Positions 41,451 to 50,703 of a stretch of 64,000 nucleotides of DNA are shown piece after piece. Numbering within the stretch: position 1 is the stretch's first letter; each line of letters starts with the position of its first letter. The stretch comes from an uncultured Solirubrobacterales bacterium (GTDB lineage: Bacteria > Actinomycetota > Thermoleophilia > Solirubrobacterales > 70-9): the NCBI GenBank assembly GCA_963774555.1, contig CAVZFL010000001.1:357127-421126 (forward strand), read 5' to 3'. The position numbers and the translations under genes were made by a program. The notes under the pieces were generated by a model. It was not told the origin of the DNA, ran no database searches, and saw only the letters and a list, made by a program, of their open reading frames with translations.

Positions 41451-41519
41451 CGCTGTCGGGGGTGGGGTCCCCGGGAACTCCCGGCGAAGCCGGCCCGGGG
41501 ACCCCACCCCCGACAGCGC
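41450..41519. repeat. 70-nt perfect hairpin element D (26-bp arms), between convergent genes
   Basis: GCGCTGTCGGGGGTGGGGTCCCCGGG (41450-41475) is the exact reverse complement of 41494-41519. The loop contains a CCGGCGAAGCCGG mini-hairpin. It probably acts as a bidirectional terminator. Confidence 0.8.
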
Positions 41520-41525
41520 CTTACC

Positions 41526-41869
41526 TCAACTGAAGTCGTCAGCCGTGATCAGATCGGCCTCGAGTGCCGCGGCGAAAGTGTCGGCGACGAACTGCATGTT
41601 CTCGTGCTCGAGCTCCTTCAGCACGTCGCTCAGCGCCCGCGTGCCGAGGTCGAGCTCCTCGTCGAAGGCGTCGATCTCCGCTTCGCCGTGAACCTGGTTG
41701 CTGTGCCACCCGCACTCCGGGCAGCGACGCCACAGACGCCAGTGGCCGCGATCGCCTGCCTGCTCCCAGCAGGTCGGCTGCACCAGCGTGCGAGGCGCAG
41801 CTCGGGCAGATGTGGAGGCCTGCGGCGATCTTGGGTCTGACTGGTGCTCGCGTCTCTCATGTCTGCACT
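41526..41869 (-). CDS. small zinc-ribbon-like hypothetical protein (apparent frameshifts in the 5' part)
   Basis: The track ORF 41526..41783 contains CPECGW. Upstream, ICPSCAS lies in another frame and the ATG at 41869 in a third. Together these give a CxxC...CxxC arrangement. Confidence 0.4.
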
Positions 41870-42010
41870 ATCGAACCCGCGAAAGGGCCACTCAATCCGC
41901 ACTTTTCCGCGACCTCGCCCTAAAAACCCAATATCGAGTAGGCGGTGATTCCAATTAGATGCGAGGCAAGATGTGATCCGGTCGCTTCCGACGGCCGTTA
42001 CCATTGGTCG

Positions 42011-42259
42011 ATGCCAAACGTCGGACCTCTTGAGCTCGCGATCGTCCTGATCATCGCCCTGGTCGTCTTCGGCCCCAAACGCCTGCCCGAGCTGGGCCGC
42101 TCGCTCGGCAAAGGGATCCGCGAGTTCCGCGGCTCGGTCAGCGGCGAGAGCCACGACGAGCCGGCGCAGCCCGAGGCGATCCCGGCGCCGAAACCGGCAG
42201 CCGACGCGGCGGCCGAGAAGAGCGCCGAGGGCGAGCCCGTCGCCCACGATCGCCGCTAG
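42011..42259 (+). CDS. tatA: twin-arginine translocase subunit TatA/E
   Basis: MPNVGPLELAIVLIIALVVFGPKRLPELGRSLGKGIREFR. Confidence 0.85.
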   Translation: MPNVGPLELAIVLIIALVVFGPKRLPELGRSLGKGIREFRGSVSGESHDEPAQPEAIPAPKPAADAAAEKSAEGEPVAHDRR

Positions 42260-42268
42260 GACTACGCG

Positions 42269-43039
42269 ATGGCCCGCCTGCGGCCGGTGGCGCACGAGGA
42301 TCAGCTCTCCCTGGTCGAGCACCTCGATGAGCTGCGCACCCGCATCGTCGTCTGTCTGGTCGTCTTCGGCGTCGCCCTGGCACTCTGCTTCTGGCAGAAC
42401 CACCTGCTGCTGGAAATCGCCTCCGGGCCGCTGCCGAGCGACCACAAGAAGCTGCTCACCTTCGGCATCACCGAGCCCTTCACCACGACCCTGACGATCT
42501 CCACCTACGGGGCGCTGATCCTCTCCCTGCCGATCCTGCTCTACCAGGTCTACGCCTACGTGCTGCCGGCCTTCAGCAATCGCGAGCGCCGCGTCGTGCT
42601 GCCGATCCTGATTGCCGCTCCCCTTCTCTTCCTCGCCGGCGTCGCCTTCAGCTACTTCGTCGTGATGCCGGCCGCGGTCAAGTTCCTGCTCGGCTTCAAC
42701 GACACCCAGTTCAACGTCCAGGTGCGAGCCCGCGACTACTACAGCTTCTTCTCGACCACGATGCTGGCAGGGGGGGTCATCTTCCAGCTGCCACTGGCGA
42801 TCCTCGCGGTCACCCGGCTGGGAATCGTCAGCGTCGAGCAGCTCAGCAAGAACCGCCGCTACGCCTATCTGGTCATCGCCATCGTCGCCGCGGCGCTGCC
42901 CGGCGTCGACCCGGTTTCGATGCTGCTCGAGATGGTGCCGCTGCTTGCGCTCTTCGAGTTGAGTATCTTGATCGCTCGGGCTTTCGGCACGCCGAAGGCT
43001 GCGGGAGGAATGGCAAGGCCCTCGACCCAGGAGCGATGA
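42269..43039 (+). CDS. tatC: twin-arginine translocase subunit TatC
   Basis: 256 aa with LSLVEHLDELRTRIV, six TM segments, and PGVDPVSM. Confidence 0.9.
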   Translation: MARLRPVAHEDQLSLVEHLDELRTRIVVCLVVFGVALALCFWQNHLLLEIASGPLPSDHKKLLTFGITEPFTTTLTISTYGALILSLPILLYQVYAYVLPAFSNRERRVVLPILIAAPLLFLAGVAFSYFVVMPAAVKFLLGFNDTQFNVQVRARDYYSFFSTTMLAGGVIFQLPLAILAVTRLGIVSVEQLSKNRRYAYLVIAIVAAALPGVDPVSMLLEMVPLLALFELSILIARAFGTPKAAGGMARPSTQER

Positions 43040-43043
43040 GGAG

Positions 43044-43844
43044 TTGGCAGAAGGCGAACGTCGGATGGTGTTCGACACCCGGGGACGACGCAAACACGTC
43101 GTCCGGGTCGTCTACGCGATTCTCGCGCTGCTGATGGGCGCCAGCCTCTTCCTCGTCGTCGGCCCCTTCAACGTCGGCAGCCTGATCGGCGGTTCCAGCA
43201 CCACCAACCCGGCAACGGTGCTCGACGAACAGGCCGAACGGGTCGAACAGAAACTGCGCACCGAACCGACCAACGAAGACCTGCTGCTCTCGCTGACTCG
43301 CTCGCGAGTCGCCGCCGGCAACGCCTCGACCGAAGTAAATCCGGAAACCGGGCTGCCGGCCATCACCGGCGAAGGGCGTCAGGAGCTGCTGCTTGCCACG
43401 GAAGCGTGGAACCGCTACCTGAAAGCGGCCAAGGGGGAACCAAACTTCGGCGTTGCACTGCTGGTCTCCCGCGCCTACTTCAGCCTCGCCGAAACGTCGT
43501 CCAAGCTCGAAGAAACCGAAGAACTGGTCGAAAACGCGGCCGCCACGCAGCGCCTCGCCGCCGAAGCGCGACCCAGCGTCGGCACGCTCACCACGCTGGC
43601 GATCGACGAGTACTACTCCAACGACTTCGCCGCTGGCGACAAGGCCGCCAAGCAGGCAATCGCAAAAGCCCCCAAGGCGGAAGCCAAAGAAGTCAAGAAA
43701 CAGATGGCCGAATACCGCCTGCGCGGCAAATCCTTCGAAGAACAGAAGGCCAAATTCGCCAAACTCGAAAAGAGTCAGCGCAAAGAAGCCCTCGAAAACC
43801 CCCTCGGCGGCCTCGGCGCCGCCGGCGCCGGCCTCGGCGGATAG
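43044..43844 (+). CDS. membrane-anchored helical hypothetical protein
   Basis: 266 aa. It has an N-terminal TM (VVYAILALLMGASLFLVV), then an Ala/Glu/Lys-rich helical region. No family was recognised. Confidence 0.5.
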   Translation: MAEGERRMVFDTRGRRKHVVRVVYAILALLMGASLFLVVGPFNVGSLIGGSSTTNPATVLDEQAERVEQKLRTEPTNEDLLLSLTRSRVAAGNASTEVNPETGLPAITGEGRQELLLATEAWNRYLKAAKGEPNFGVALLVSRAYFSLAETSSKLEETEELVENAAATQRLAAEARPSVGTLTTLAIDEYYSNDFAAGDKAAKQAIAKAPKAEAKEVKKQMAEYRLRGKSFEEQKAKFAKLEKSQRKEALENPLGGLGAAGAGLGG

Positions 43845-43856
43845 GTCGCGCGAAAG

Positions 43857-43874
43857 TGGGCCACGAAGGGCTTC
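43857..43874. repeat. degenerate direct repeat of the tRNA-Lys 3' end (possible att remnant)
   Basis: TGGGCCACGAAGGGCTTC compared with TGGGCCGCGAAGGACTCG at 44918-44935 gives 14 of 18 identical positions. The two bracket the lower-GC segment of about 1 kb. Confidence 0.4.
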
Positions 43875-43996
43875 AGCTGGCTTGAGCGGCTTGTAAATGC
43901 CGATTTCCAGCTAAAGGGCAGTCGGATTTCAACGGCCTGGGCTAGAGGCGGTCCGAATGTTTGGCCGTGCCATCCCAGGGTCTGCGTAGGATCGCT

Positions 43997-44016
43997 ACGT
44001 ATACAGTTCGTATACG
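43997..44016. promoter_or_regulatory. possible operator upstream of the DUF4065 gene
   Basis: aCGTATAC-agtt-CGTATACg contains two copies of the GTATAC palindrome, 47-66 nt upstream of the ATG at 44063. Confidence 0.4.
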
Positions 44017-44062
44017 AGTTGAGAGCTTGCAGACTCTATTAGCCTTTACGAGGCGAAAGATC

Positions 44063-44608
44063 ATGACCGAGAACCAGCCATTTGATCGAACGAAGTTCGA
44101 GGAGCTGATCGTCTACATCGCGAAGCGTCTCGGCCCGGAGGCGGCGCTTGGCCGCGTCAAGCTCGCCAAGCTTCTGAAGGCAAGCGATTTTGGTGCCTAT
44201 GAGCGCTTTGGGAGGCCGATAACTGGCGCCATCTACGAGAAGTGGGAGCATGGCCATCTTCCACGGGAGCTGCTGCTTGCTCAGCGCGATCTAGAGGCTC
44301 AGGGGGCAATCAAGGTCGAGATCGAGGACTACTACGGAAAGCAGCTCAAGCACATCACGGCGCACCGCGACCCTAATTTGCGCGACTTCAGCGAGGACGA
44401 GCTGGGGGTCATCGAGACGGCGTTGCATCACTTCGGCTACGAGAGCGCCACCCACTTGAGCGATCTGTCCCACCTCGAGGTGGGCTGGCGCCTGGCTCAG
44501 TGGAAGGAAGCTATCCCTTATCGAACGGTGTTTCTGGGTGCTGGGGGCGTCACCGAGGCCGATGTACGTCGGGGCGAGGAACTAGCTTCCTCGCATGGCT
44601 GGAACTGA
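44063..44608 (+). CDS. DUF4065 / Panacea (SocA-like) domain protein, putative antitoxin
   Basis: 181 aa. FDRTKFEELIVYIAKRLGPEAALGRVKLAKLLKASDFGAYERFGRPITGAIYEKWEHGHLP is typical of the DUF4065 N-terminal region. Codon usage is lower-GC than the surroundings. Confidence 0.65.
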   Translation: MTENQPFDRTKFEELIVYIAKRLGPEAALGRVKLAKLLKASDFGAYERFGRPITGAIYEKWEHGHLPRELLLAQRDLEAQGAIKVEIEDYYGKQLKHITAHRDPNLRDFSEDELGVIETALHHFGYESATHLSDLSHLEVGWRLAQWKEAIPYRTVFLGAGGVTEADVRRGEELASSHGWN

Positions 44609-44668
44609 TCTCCTCGTCTGTACGAGCTTCATAGAGGCAGACCGTTCACCTGGTCAAAGGGCGAACTC

Positions 44669-44902
44669 ATGAGAGAAACCGGGATGACCGAGCATCAGGT
44701 CGACGATCGGCTTGAAGCTTTGGTCTGGGCCCTTCTTCGCGGTAACACCGACGACGCGGATTCGGGTGCCAGCCAGATTCCCAATCGAAATCTTTGGGTT
44801 GCTGTGATTCCCGGTGGCATACCACCTCTCCGTGTCTACCTTCGCCCTCGGGTCGATGTTGGAGGGGAGTGCGAATGGATGTGGATCGAGCGTCGAGATT
44901 GA
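44669..44902 (+). CDS. small hypothetical protein, candidate partner (toxin?) of the DUF4065 protein
   Basis: 77-aa ORF, 60 nt downstream of the DUF4065 gene and ending 16 nt before the tRNA-Lys 3' end. No recognisable family. Confidence 0.3.
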   Translation: MRETGMTEHQVDDRLEALVWALLRGNTDDADSGASQIPNRNLWVAVIPGGIPPLRVYLRPRVDVGGECEWMWIERRD

Positions 44903-44917
44903 TCCACAACGAGTTCA

Positions 44918-44991
44918 TGGGCCGCGAAGGACTCGAACCTTCAACCTTGAGCTTAAGAGGCTCCTGCTCTAACCAGTTGAGCTAGCGGCCC
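44918..44991 (-). tRNA. tRNA-Lys (anticodon CTT)
   Basis: The reverse complement folds as acceptor GGGCCGC/GCGGCCC, D arm GCTC..GAGC, anticodon loop CTCTTAA, and T arm GAAGG-TTCGAGT-CCTTC. Confidence 0.9.
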
Positions 44992-45033
44992 GGGGTCGGC
45001 AATTATAGGAAGGTCCCGGGGGTCGGCGGAATG

Positions 45034-45786
45034 TTAACGGGGCGTGCAGGCCTTTTCGATGCTGCCGTCGATGATGGTGCCGTCGCCGAAGGTGAAGCGA
45101 CCGTGGGTGCGGAAGATGCCGTCGCTGCAGCGGGCCGAGGTGTAGCTGCGCTGCTGACCGTGCGAAGCTGTAATGCCTGCCGACCGTGGCGTCGATGTGG
45201 GTGAGGGAGCCCTGGCCTTCGGGATCGGCGGCACGTCGATCGTGGCGCGGTAGCGGTAGTCGCCCCGGCGGCGTTCGATCGGAATCGTGATGACGAAGGT
45301 CTGAGCCGCGGGCACGGTGGTGCGGGCGTGGGCGATCACCGTCGGCCTGCCTTCCCGGCGGGGACCGTTGAAGAGCGAGAGTGGCGAGCTCGCTTCGATC
45401 GGGGGTTGCCCATCGCGGGCGATCAGCGCGTCGAGGTGGCCCTGGCCGACGATCGCCCCGCGGCAGCGGCTGCGGGCTTCGGCCGGCGTCGTCCCTTCCA
45501 GCAGCAGCGGCTGGCACACGGGCAGGCCGGCGACGCTGAGCCGGCCGTCGTGGTCGAAGTCGATTCTCGCCTGCTGCAGGGCCGGCGGCACGCCGCCGTC
45601 GGTTGAGCGCAGGTTGGCGAAGCCGCGGAAGTCGATCGGTGCATAGCTGCGGCGGGGCAGCTTGCTGGGCCTGAAGCCACCGTCCGCGGTCAGCACCAGG
45701 TTGCCCACCTTGACCAGCGCCGCGTTCGCGCCACTGGCCAGCACGATGCAGGCAGCGAGCGCTCCGATTCCCAGTAGCCGCTTCAA
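45034..45786 (-). CDS. secreted hypothetical protein (apparent frameshifts near 45170-45230)
   Basis: It has a signal peptide (MKRLLGIGALAACIVLASGANA). The alternative frame reads PEGQGSLTHIDATVGR in the disrupted stretch. It is divergent from the MMPL gene. Confidence 0.5.
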   Translation of the reverse strand: MKRLLGIGALAACIVLASGANAALVKVGNLVLTADGGFRPSKLPRRSYAPIDFRGFANLRSTDGGVPPALQQARIDFDHDGRLSVAGLPVCQPLLLEGTTPAEARSRCRGAIVGQGHLDALIARDGQPPIEASSPLSLFNGPRREGRPTVIAHARTTVPAAQTFVITIPIERRRGDYRYRATIDVPPIPKARAPSPTSTPRSAGITASHGQQRSYTSARCSDGIFRTHGRFTFGDGTIIDGSIEKACTPR

Positions 45787-45903
45787 ATATCCCTCCAGAA
45801 TTCAGGCTAGCGCTCCGCGCAAGCGGGCAGCCCGAGTCGGGCCTTAACAGAGTCTTCTGTTTCTTTTCCCCCGCTCCGTCCTCGCGGGCGCCAAACTAAG
45901 GGG

Positions 45904-48900
45904 GTGCCTGTGAGGAGGAGCAGGGGGGAAGACGATGGCGCGCGCGCGAAGGGTGGGAAGCCCCGGCCACCGGCGACGCTGAGACACCCGCGCCGCGCGC
46001 TGGCGGTGGCGGCGCTCTTCGTCGTCGCGCTCGTCGCCTTTGGCACCACCCTCGAGAGCAAGCTCACCCCGAGCACCCTCGACATCCCCGGCACCTCGGT
46101 GCACGGCGCCAACCAGATGCTCACCAGGTACTTCGGGGACTCGGCTCCCTTCGTGGTCCTGCTGCAGGGGCAGCCGGCGGCGCTCGACCGCCAGGGCCCC
46201 GAGCTGATCCGCACCCTGCGGCGCGATCCGAAGGTGACCACGCTCTCGCCCTGGGATCGTGGCTCGGTCAGTCAGCTGCGCCCGACCCCGCGGCGGGCGC
46301 TGATCCTGCTCGACTACCACGTGCCCGGCTCCGAGGCGGTCAAAGACAAGGTGCCGTTGCTCGACCGCACCCTGGAAGAAAAGATCCACACGCCGGTGCG
46401 GGCCACGCAGACCGGCTTCGCCACGCTGACCCGCTCGGTTCAGGACCAGTCGATCTCGAGCAGCGAGCGGGCCGAGCTGATCGCCCTGCCGATCCTGCTG
46501 ATCGTCCTCCTGCTCGTCTTCCGCTCGCCGATCGCCGCGGCGATCCCGCTCGGCTTCGGCGCGATCTCCGTCTTCGCCTCGCGCGGCCTGCTGGCACTCG
46601 TGACCAACTGGTTCGGCGTCGACGCGATCGCCCTCACCGTCTGCACGATGATGGGCCTGGCGCTCGGGGTCGACTACGCCCTCTTGATGGTCTCGCGCTT
46701 CCGCGAAGAGCTTGCTGCCGGCTCGGACCCGACCCACGCCGCCTGGACGACGCGCCGCACCGCCGGTCGCACCGTGGTCTTCGCCGGCAGCACCCTGGTG
46801 CTCTCGATGGTCGTCGCCCTCTTCGTCGTGCCCGGGCTCGCTGCTGGCTTCGCTGGCCGGGACGCTGGCGCTGGTGGTGACGCTGACCGTGCTCGTCGCC
46901 CTCGCCCTCGGGCCGCCGATCCTCGTCCTCGCCGGACCCAACATCGACCGCTGGCGCATCGGGCCGGCGCCGAACGGCGAACGCTCGCGGCTGATGACGA
47001 TCGTCTCGGCGGCACTGCGCCGCCCGGCTGCGGTGGCCGCCCTGATCGGCGCCGTCGTGCTGGTGCTGGCGACGCCGGCGCTGGGGCTGAAGACCGGCCC
47101 CTTCAGCATCGGCCAGCTGCCCCAGGACGATCCCGCCCGCCTCGACGCCGAACGGATCCAGGACGCCTTCGGCGAAGGCTACGAAGCTCCTTACACGATC
47201 GTTGCCGCGGCCAGGGAAGGCACGATCACCGAACCCGAACGCCTCGACGCCCTCGCGCGCTGGCAGCGACGCATCGCCGCGACCCCCGGCGTGCAGAGCG
47301 TGATCGGGCCGGGGCAGATCTCCCACCGGGTCGAATCGCTGCGCAAGACCGGCAACGCCCTGCTCGCCTCCAACGAACAAGTCGGCCCGCTGGCCAACCT
47401 CGGCCGCCTCAGTCACAACCTCGGCCGCGCCGCCAGCGCCGTCGCAACCCTGCGCGGCGGGATCTCGCAGGCAACCTACGGCGCCGGCCTGCTGGCGGAA
47501 GGATCCGGCCAGGCCGAAGCCGGCGCGATCGCCCTCGCCGGTGGGCTCGGCAAAGTGGCCTCGGCCAGCGCCGAAGCGGTGACGGCGCTGGACAAATTCG
47601 CCAAAGGCACCAAGGAACTCGCTGCGGCACAGCGCCGCGCCACGGTCGGCGCCTTGGCGCTGAAGCTCAACCTTCCCGATATCGCCACGAACCTCCGCTT
47701 CAACGGGCTGCGCCACTCCGAAAAGGCGCGGGAATCGATCGAAACGGAGGCCAACGACAAGCTGCCCGAGCTCCACTCGGCCGCTCAGGTCGCCGAAGAA
47801 CAGCTGAAGGTCGCCCTCCAGCAGCTCGACCAGATGACGGTCGGCAAGACCGACCCGAGCTACGTGGCGACGCTCGACGCCGTGCGCAAGGCCTCCGCGG
47901 CCGTCAGCGGCACCGACCCCGCCAGCGGCCAGCCCTATGCGCCGGGATACACGGGGCTGCCAGCCGAACTCACCGCCCTGCAGGCGCGCCTGCTCGAAGA
48001 CGCCAACCAGGCCCAGGAAGCGTCGCGCTGGATCACCTCGGAAACCGCCCACATCGACCGCATGGCGTCCGTCGCCAAGAAGCTCTCCGAAGGGCTCAAC
48101 AAGATCGCCGCCGGCGGCAACAAGGTCGCCAAGAGCGCCGAAACGCTCGACCAGGAAACGAAGAAGCTCGCCGACGGCCTGGGCCGGCTCGACTCCGGCA
48201 CGGGCCGCCTGGTCGGCGGGCTCGCCCAGCTCACCGGCGGCACAACCCAGCTGGAACAGGGGCTGGGCGAAATCTACGGGCGCTCCTACCCGCTGCAGAA
48301 GGGCCTGCGCCAGTTGACCGTCCGCGTCGTTGCGCAGAACAAGAACCTCAACCGCCGCGTGGAGAACGTCCGCCGCACCACACCCGGCATCTTCAACTCC
48401 GGTTACTTCGTCCTCTCCGCTCTCGACGGGACCCGCGGGCGCAACCACGAACGCGCCTCGGAAGCGGTCAACCTGAACGGCGGGGGCCAGGCGGCGAAAC
48501 TGCTGGTCATCTCGCGCTACGGCTTCAACTCGCCGGGCTCGATCGCGCTCAACCACAAGCTCAACGACGACGCCGCGGCGCTCGCCAGGGAAGCGGACGT
48601 CGACACCGGGGTCGCCGGCGGCGCCGCCACCCTCAACACCTACAGCCACGTGACCAAGGAGCGGTTCCCCTACGTGATCGCGGCGATTACCCTGGCCACC
48701 TTCCTCGTCCTGGTCCTCGTCCTGCGGGCGCTGCCGCTGGCGGCGATCGCGGTCGGGCTCAACCTCGCCACCGTCGGCGTCGCCTTCGGCGTGCTCACCG
48801 TGCTCACCCTGATTCCCGACAGCTGGCCCCTGGGCGGCCGCGAATACGTCGACGCGGTCGGGGCGACGATGATCTTCGGCGTCGTCTTCGGGCTCTCGAT

Positions 48901-49225
48901 CGATTACGCGGTCTTCCTGCTCGTGCGCATGCGCGAGCACTACGACCTCGAGGGCGATAACGCCGCCGCGATCACCTTCGGCCTGGAAAAGACGGCGCGG
49001 GTGATCACCGGCGCCGCGGCGATCATGATGGCGGTCTTCATCGCCTTCGCCGGCGCCCCGATCGCCACCGTCAGCCAGCTCGGCATCGGCCTCACGGTCG
49101 CCGTCCTGATCGACGCCACCGTGGTCCGCATCGTCCTGCTGCCGGCCCTGATGCTGCTGATCGGCAAACGCGTCTGGTGGCTGCCGAAGCCGCTGGAGCG
49201 GGTGCTGCCGCGGCTCAACGTCTGA
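45904..49225 (+). CDS. MMPL/RND-superfamily transporter with large coiled-coil (YhgE/Pip-like) periplasmic insertion (one apparent frameshift near 46832)
   Basis: Two track ORFs (45904.. and ..49225) join at FVVPG/SLLASLAG. The MMPL motifs GVDYALLMVSRFREEL and GLSIDYAVFLLVRMREHY are each followed by a TM bundle. About 500 aa of heptad-like helical repeats (GLAQLTGGTTQLEQGLGEI) sit in the second periplasmic loop. The total length is 3n+1, consistent with a single indel. Confidence 0.85.
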
Positions 49226-49228
49226 TTT

Positions 49229-50689
49229 TCAGCGGGGAATCAGCTCGTCGATCTCGACCAGGCGGAGGTGCTCGTTCTCCTCTGCCGCCGCCTTCAGCCC
49301 GTCGGTGAAGCCGCTGCGTGAGAAAAGGACGATAAGGGGCCCGGCCTTATGCGTCTTCGCCCCGCTTTGGCGGAGCGCAGGCAGCTTGTATCTCTCGATC
49401 TCGGCAAGCAGCGAGACCGAAACCGGCTTGGCCGTCCACTTGCACTCGCCCACGACCGAGACCCGGCTGTGATGGAGGCCGACGAGGTCGATCTCCTCCG
49501 TCTCACGCTCGTGTTTGGCGCGCAATTCGTGCAAAGCCGGGCCCCACCAGCTGCCAACTCGACTTGCCTCGCTGCCGAGGTTCGCTCGCACCCAACGCCT
49601 GCAGAGGGTCTCGAACGCCGGCGCGATGTGTTCGGAAAGCGCCGGCGCCACCTCTGCTCTCCACAGGTCGGCCGGCTTGAGCCCCGCTTCCAGCTCGGAA
49701 GCGTAGGGCCGGACGAAGCGGAACCAGAAGCGGAAGAAGCCGTCGGTCAGTCGGTAGCGGTACCCGGCCGAGTCCTTGCCAGCGGTGATCGGGAGTTGGC
49801 GGTCGATGATCCTCATCTCCTGGAGGGTCCGCAGGTACTCCGTCAGCGACGTGCTCGGCGTACCGAGGGCGTTGGAGAGGTCACGCAAGGCTCGCGGTCC
49901 GGAAGCGAGCTCGTCGAGGATCGAAAAATAGATAGCCGGCCTTCGCAGCTCCTGCTGGAGGACGTAGGGCGGCTCCTCGAAGAGGGTGCCGAGGTGGCTC
50001 AGGACGCTTCTCTCGAGCAGGTCCCTCAGCGCCCCGCCGCGGGCGAGCTCGCCGAGGTACATCGGCATGCCGCCGCTTACCGAGAAGCGCTCGACCCAAT
50101 CGCGGGGGCTGTCGGCCTCGATGAACGGCGCACACTCGTCAGGACCGAGCGGGGAGACGAAGAAGCGATAGAGGCGGCCGTGCAACGGGCTCTCCTCTCC
50201 CAGGAGCCGCTCCATCGAGCTGATCTGCGAACCGCAGAGAATGAACTTCGTCTGCGAGGAATCCTGCTCCTCCTCGATCACCGCCTGGATTCCCGTCAGC
50301 ATCTCCCGCCGCTCCTTCTGCGCGCTTGGCATCAGGTGCGGGAACTCGTCGATGACGGCGAGGACCTTCTCCTCGCGGCCGAGCCGGTAGAGGACCCGGA
50401 AGAGGTCCGGCACGTCGGCGAGGTCCGGCCGCACGCCCAGTGGGCCCTCGAGCGCCATCGCCAGCTTTCTCAATTGGGCACCCTCGGCGCCAGCCTCGGC
50501 GACGAGGACGATGGCCGGCTTCGCGTGGGCGACGGCCCGGAACAGCCATGACTTGCCGACGCGGCGCCGCCCGTACATCGCGACGAGCCGCCTGGTTTTC
50601 CCGCTCCACCAGCGGTTCAGCTGAGCGAGCTCGTCCTCGCGGTTCAAGAACTCGCTGGCAAGGGTCCATCGGAAGGTCTGGATTGCCAT
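49229..50689 (-). CDS. AAA-type ATPase (Arch_ATPase/ATPase_2-like) fused to a DUF234 PD-(D/E)xK-like domain
   Basis: 486 aa. Walker A YGRRRVGKSW, Walker B-like VIDEFPHL, a winged-helix-like middle region, and a C-terminal EIDLVGL...VVGECKW nuclease-like motif. It is visibly less GC-rich than its neighbours. Confidence 0.75.
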   Translation of the reverse strand: MAIQTFRWTLASEFLNREDELAQLNRWWSGKTRRLVAMYGRRRVGKSWLFRAVAHAKPAIVLVAEAGAEGAQLRKLAMALEGPLGVRPDLADVPDLFRVLYRLGREEKVLAVIDEFPHLMPSAQKERREMLTGIQAVIEEEQDSSQTKFILCGSQISSMERLLGEESPLHGRLYRFFVSPLGPDECAPFIEADSPRDWVERFSVSGGMPMYLGELARGGALRDLLERSVLSHLGTLFEEPPYVLQQELRRPAIYFSILDELASGPRALRDLSNALGTPSTSLTEYLRTLQEMRIIDRQLPITAGKDSAGYRYRLTDGFFRFWFRFVRPYASELEAGLKPADLWRAEVAPALSEHIAPAFETLCRRWVRANLGSEASRVGSWWGPALHELRAKHERETEEIDLVGLHHSRVSVVGECKWTAKPVSVSLLAEIERYKLPALRQSGAKTHKAGPLIVLFSRSGFTDGLKAAAEENEHLRLVEIDELIPR

Positions 50690-50703
50690 ATAATCTAGAT
50701 TAT
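50690..50703. promoter_or_regulatory. 14-bp perfect AT-rich palindrome abutting the ATPase start codon
   Basis: ATAATCTAGATTAT lies immediately 5' of the ATG (minus strand). TATAAT/TAATCT-type -10 hexamers on both strands sit in the ATPase/mce divergent spacer. This suggests a leaderless or short-leader transcript and an operator. Confidence 0.45.
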
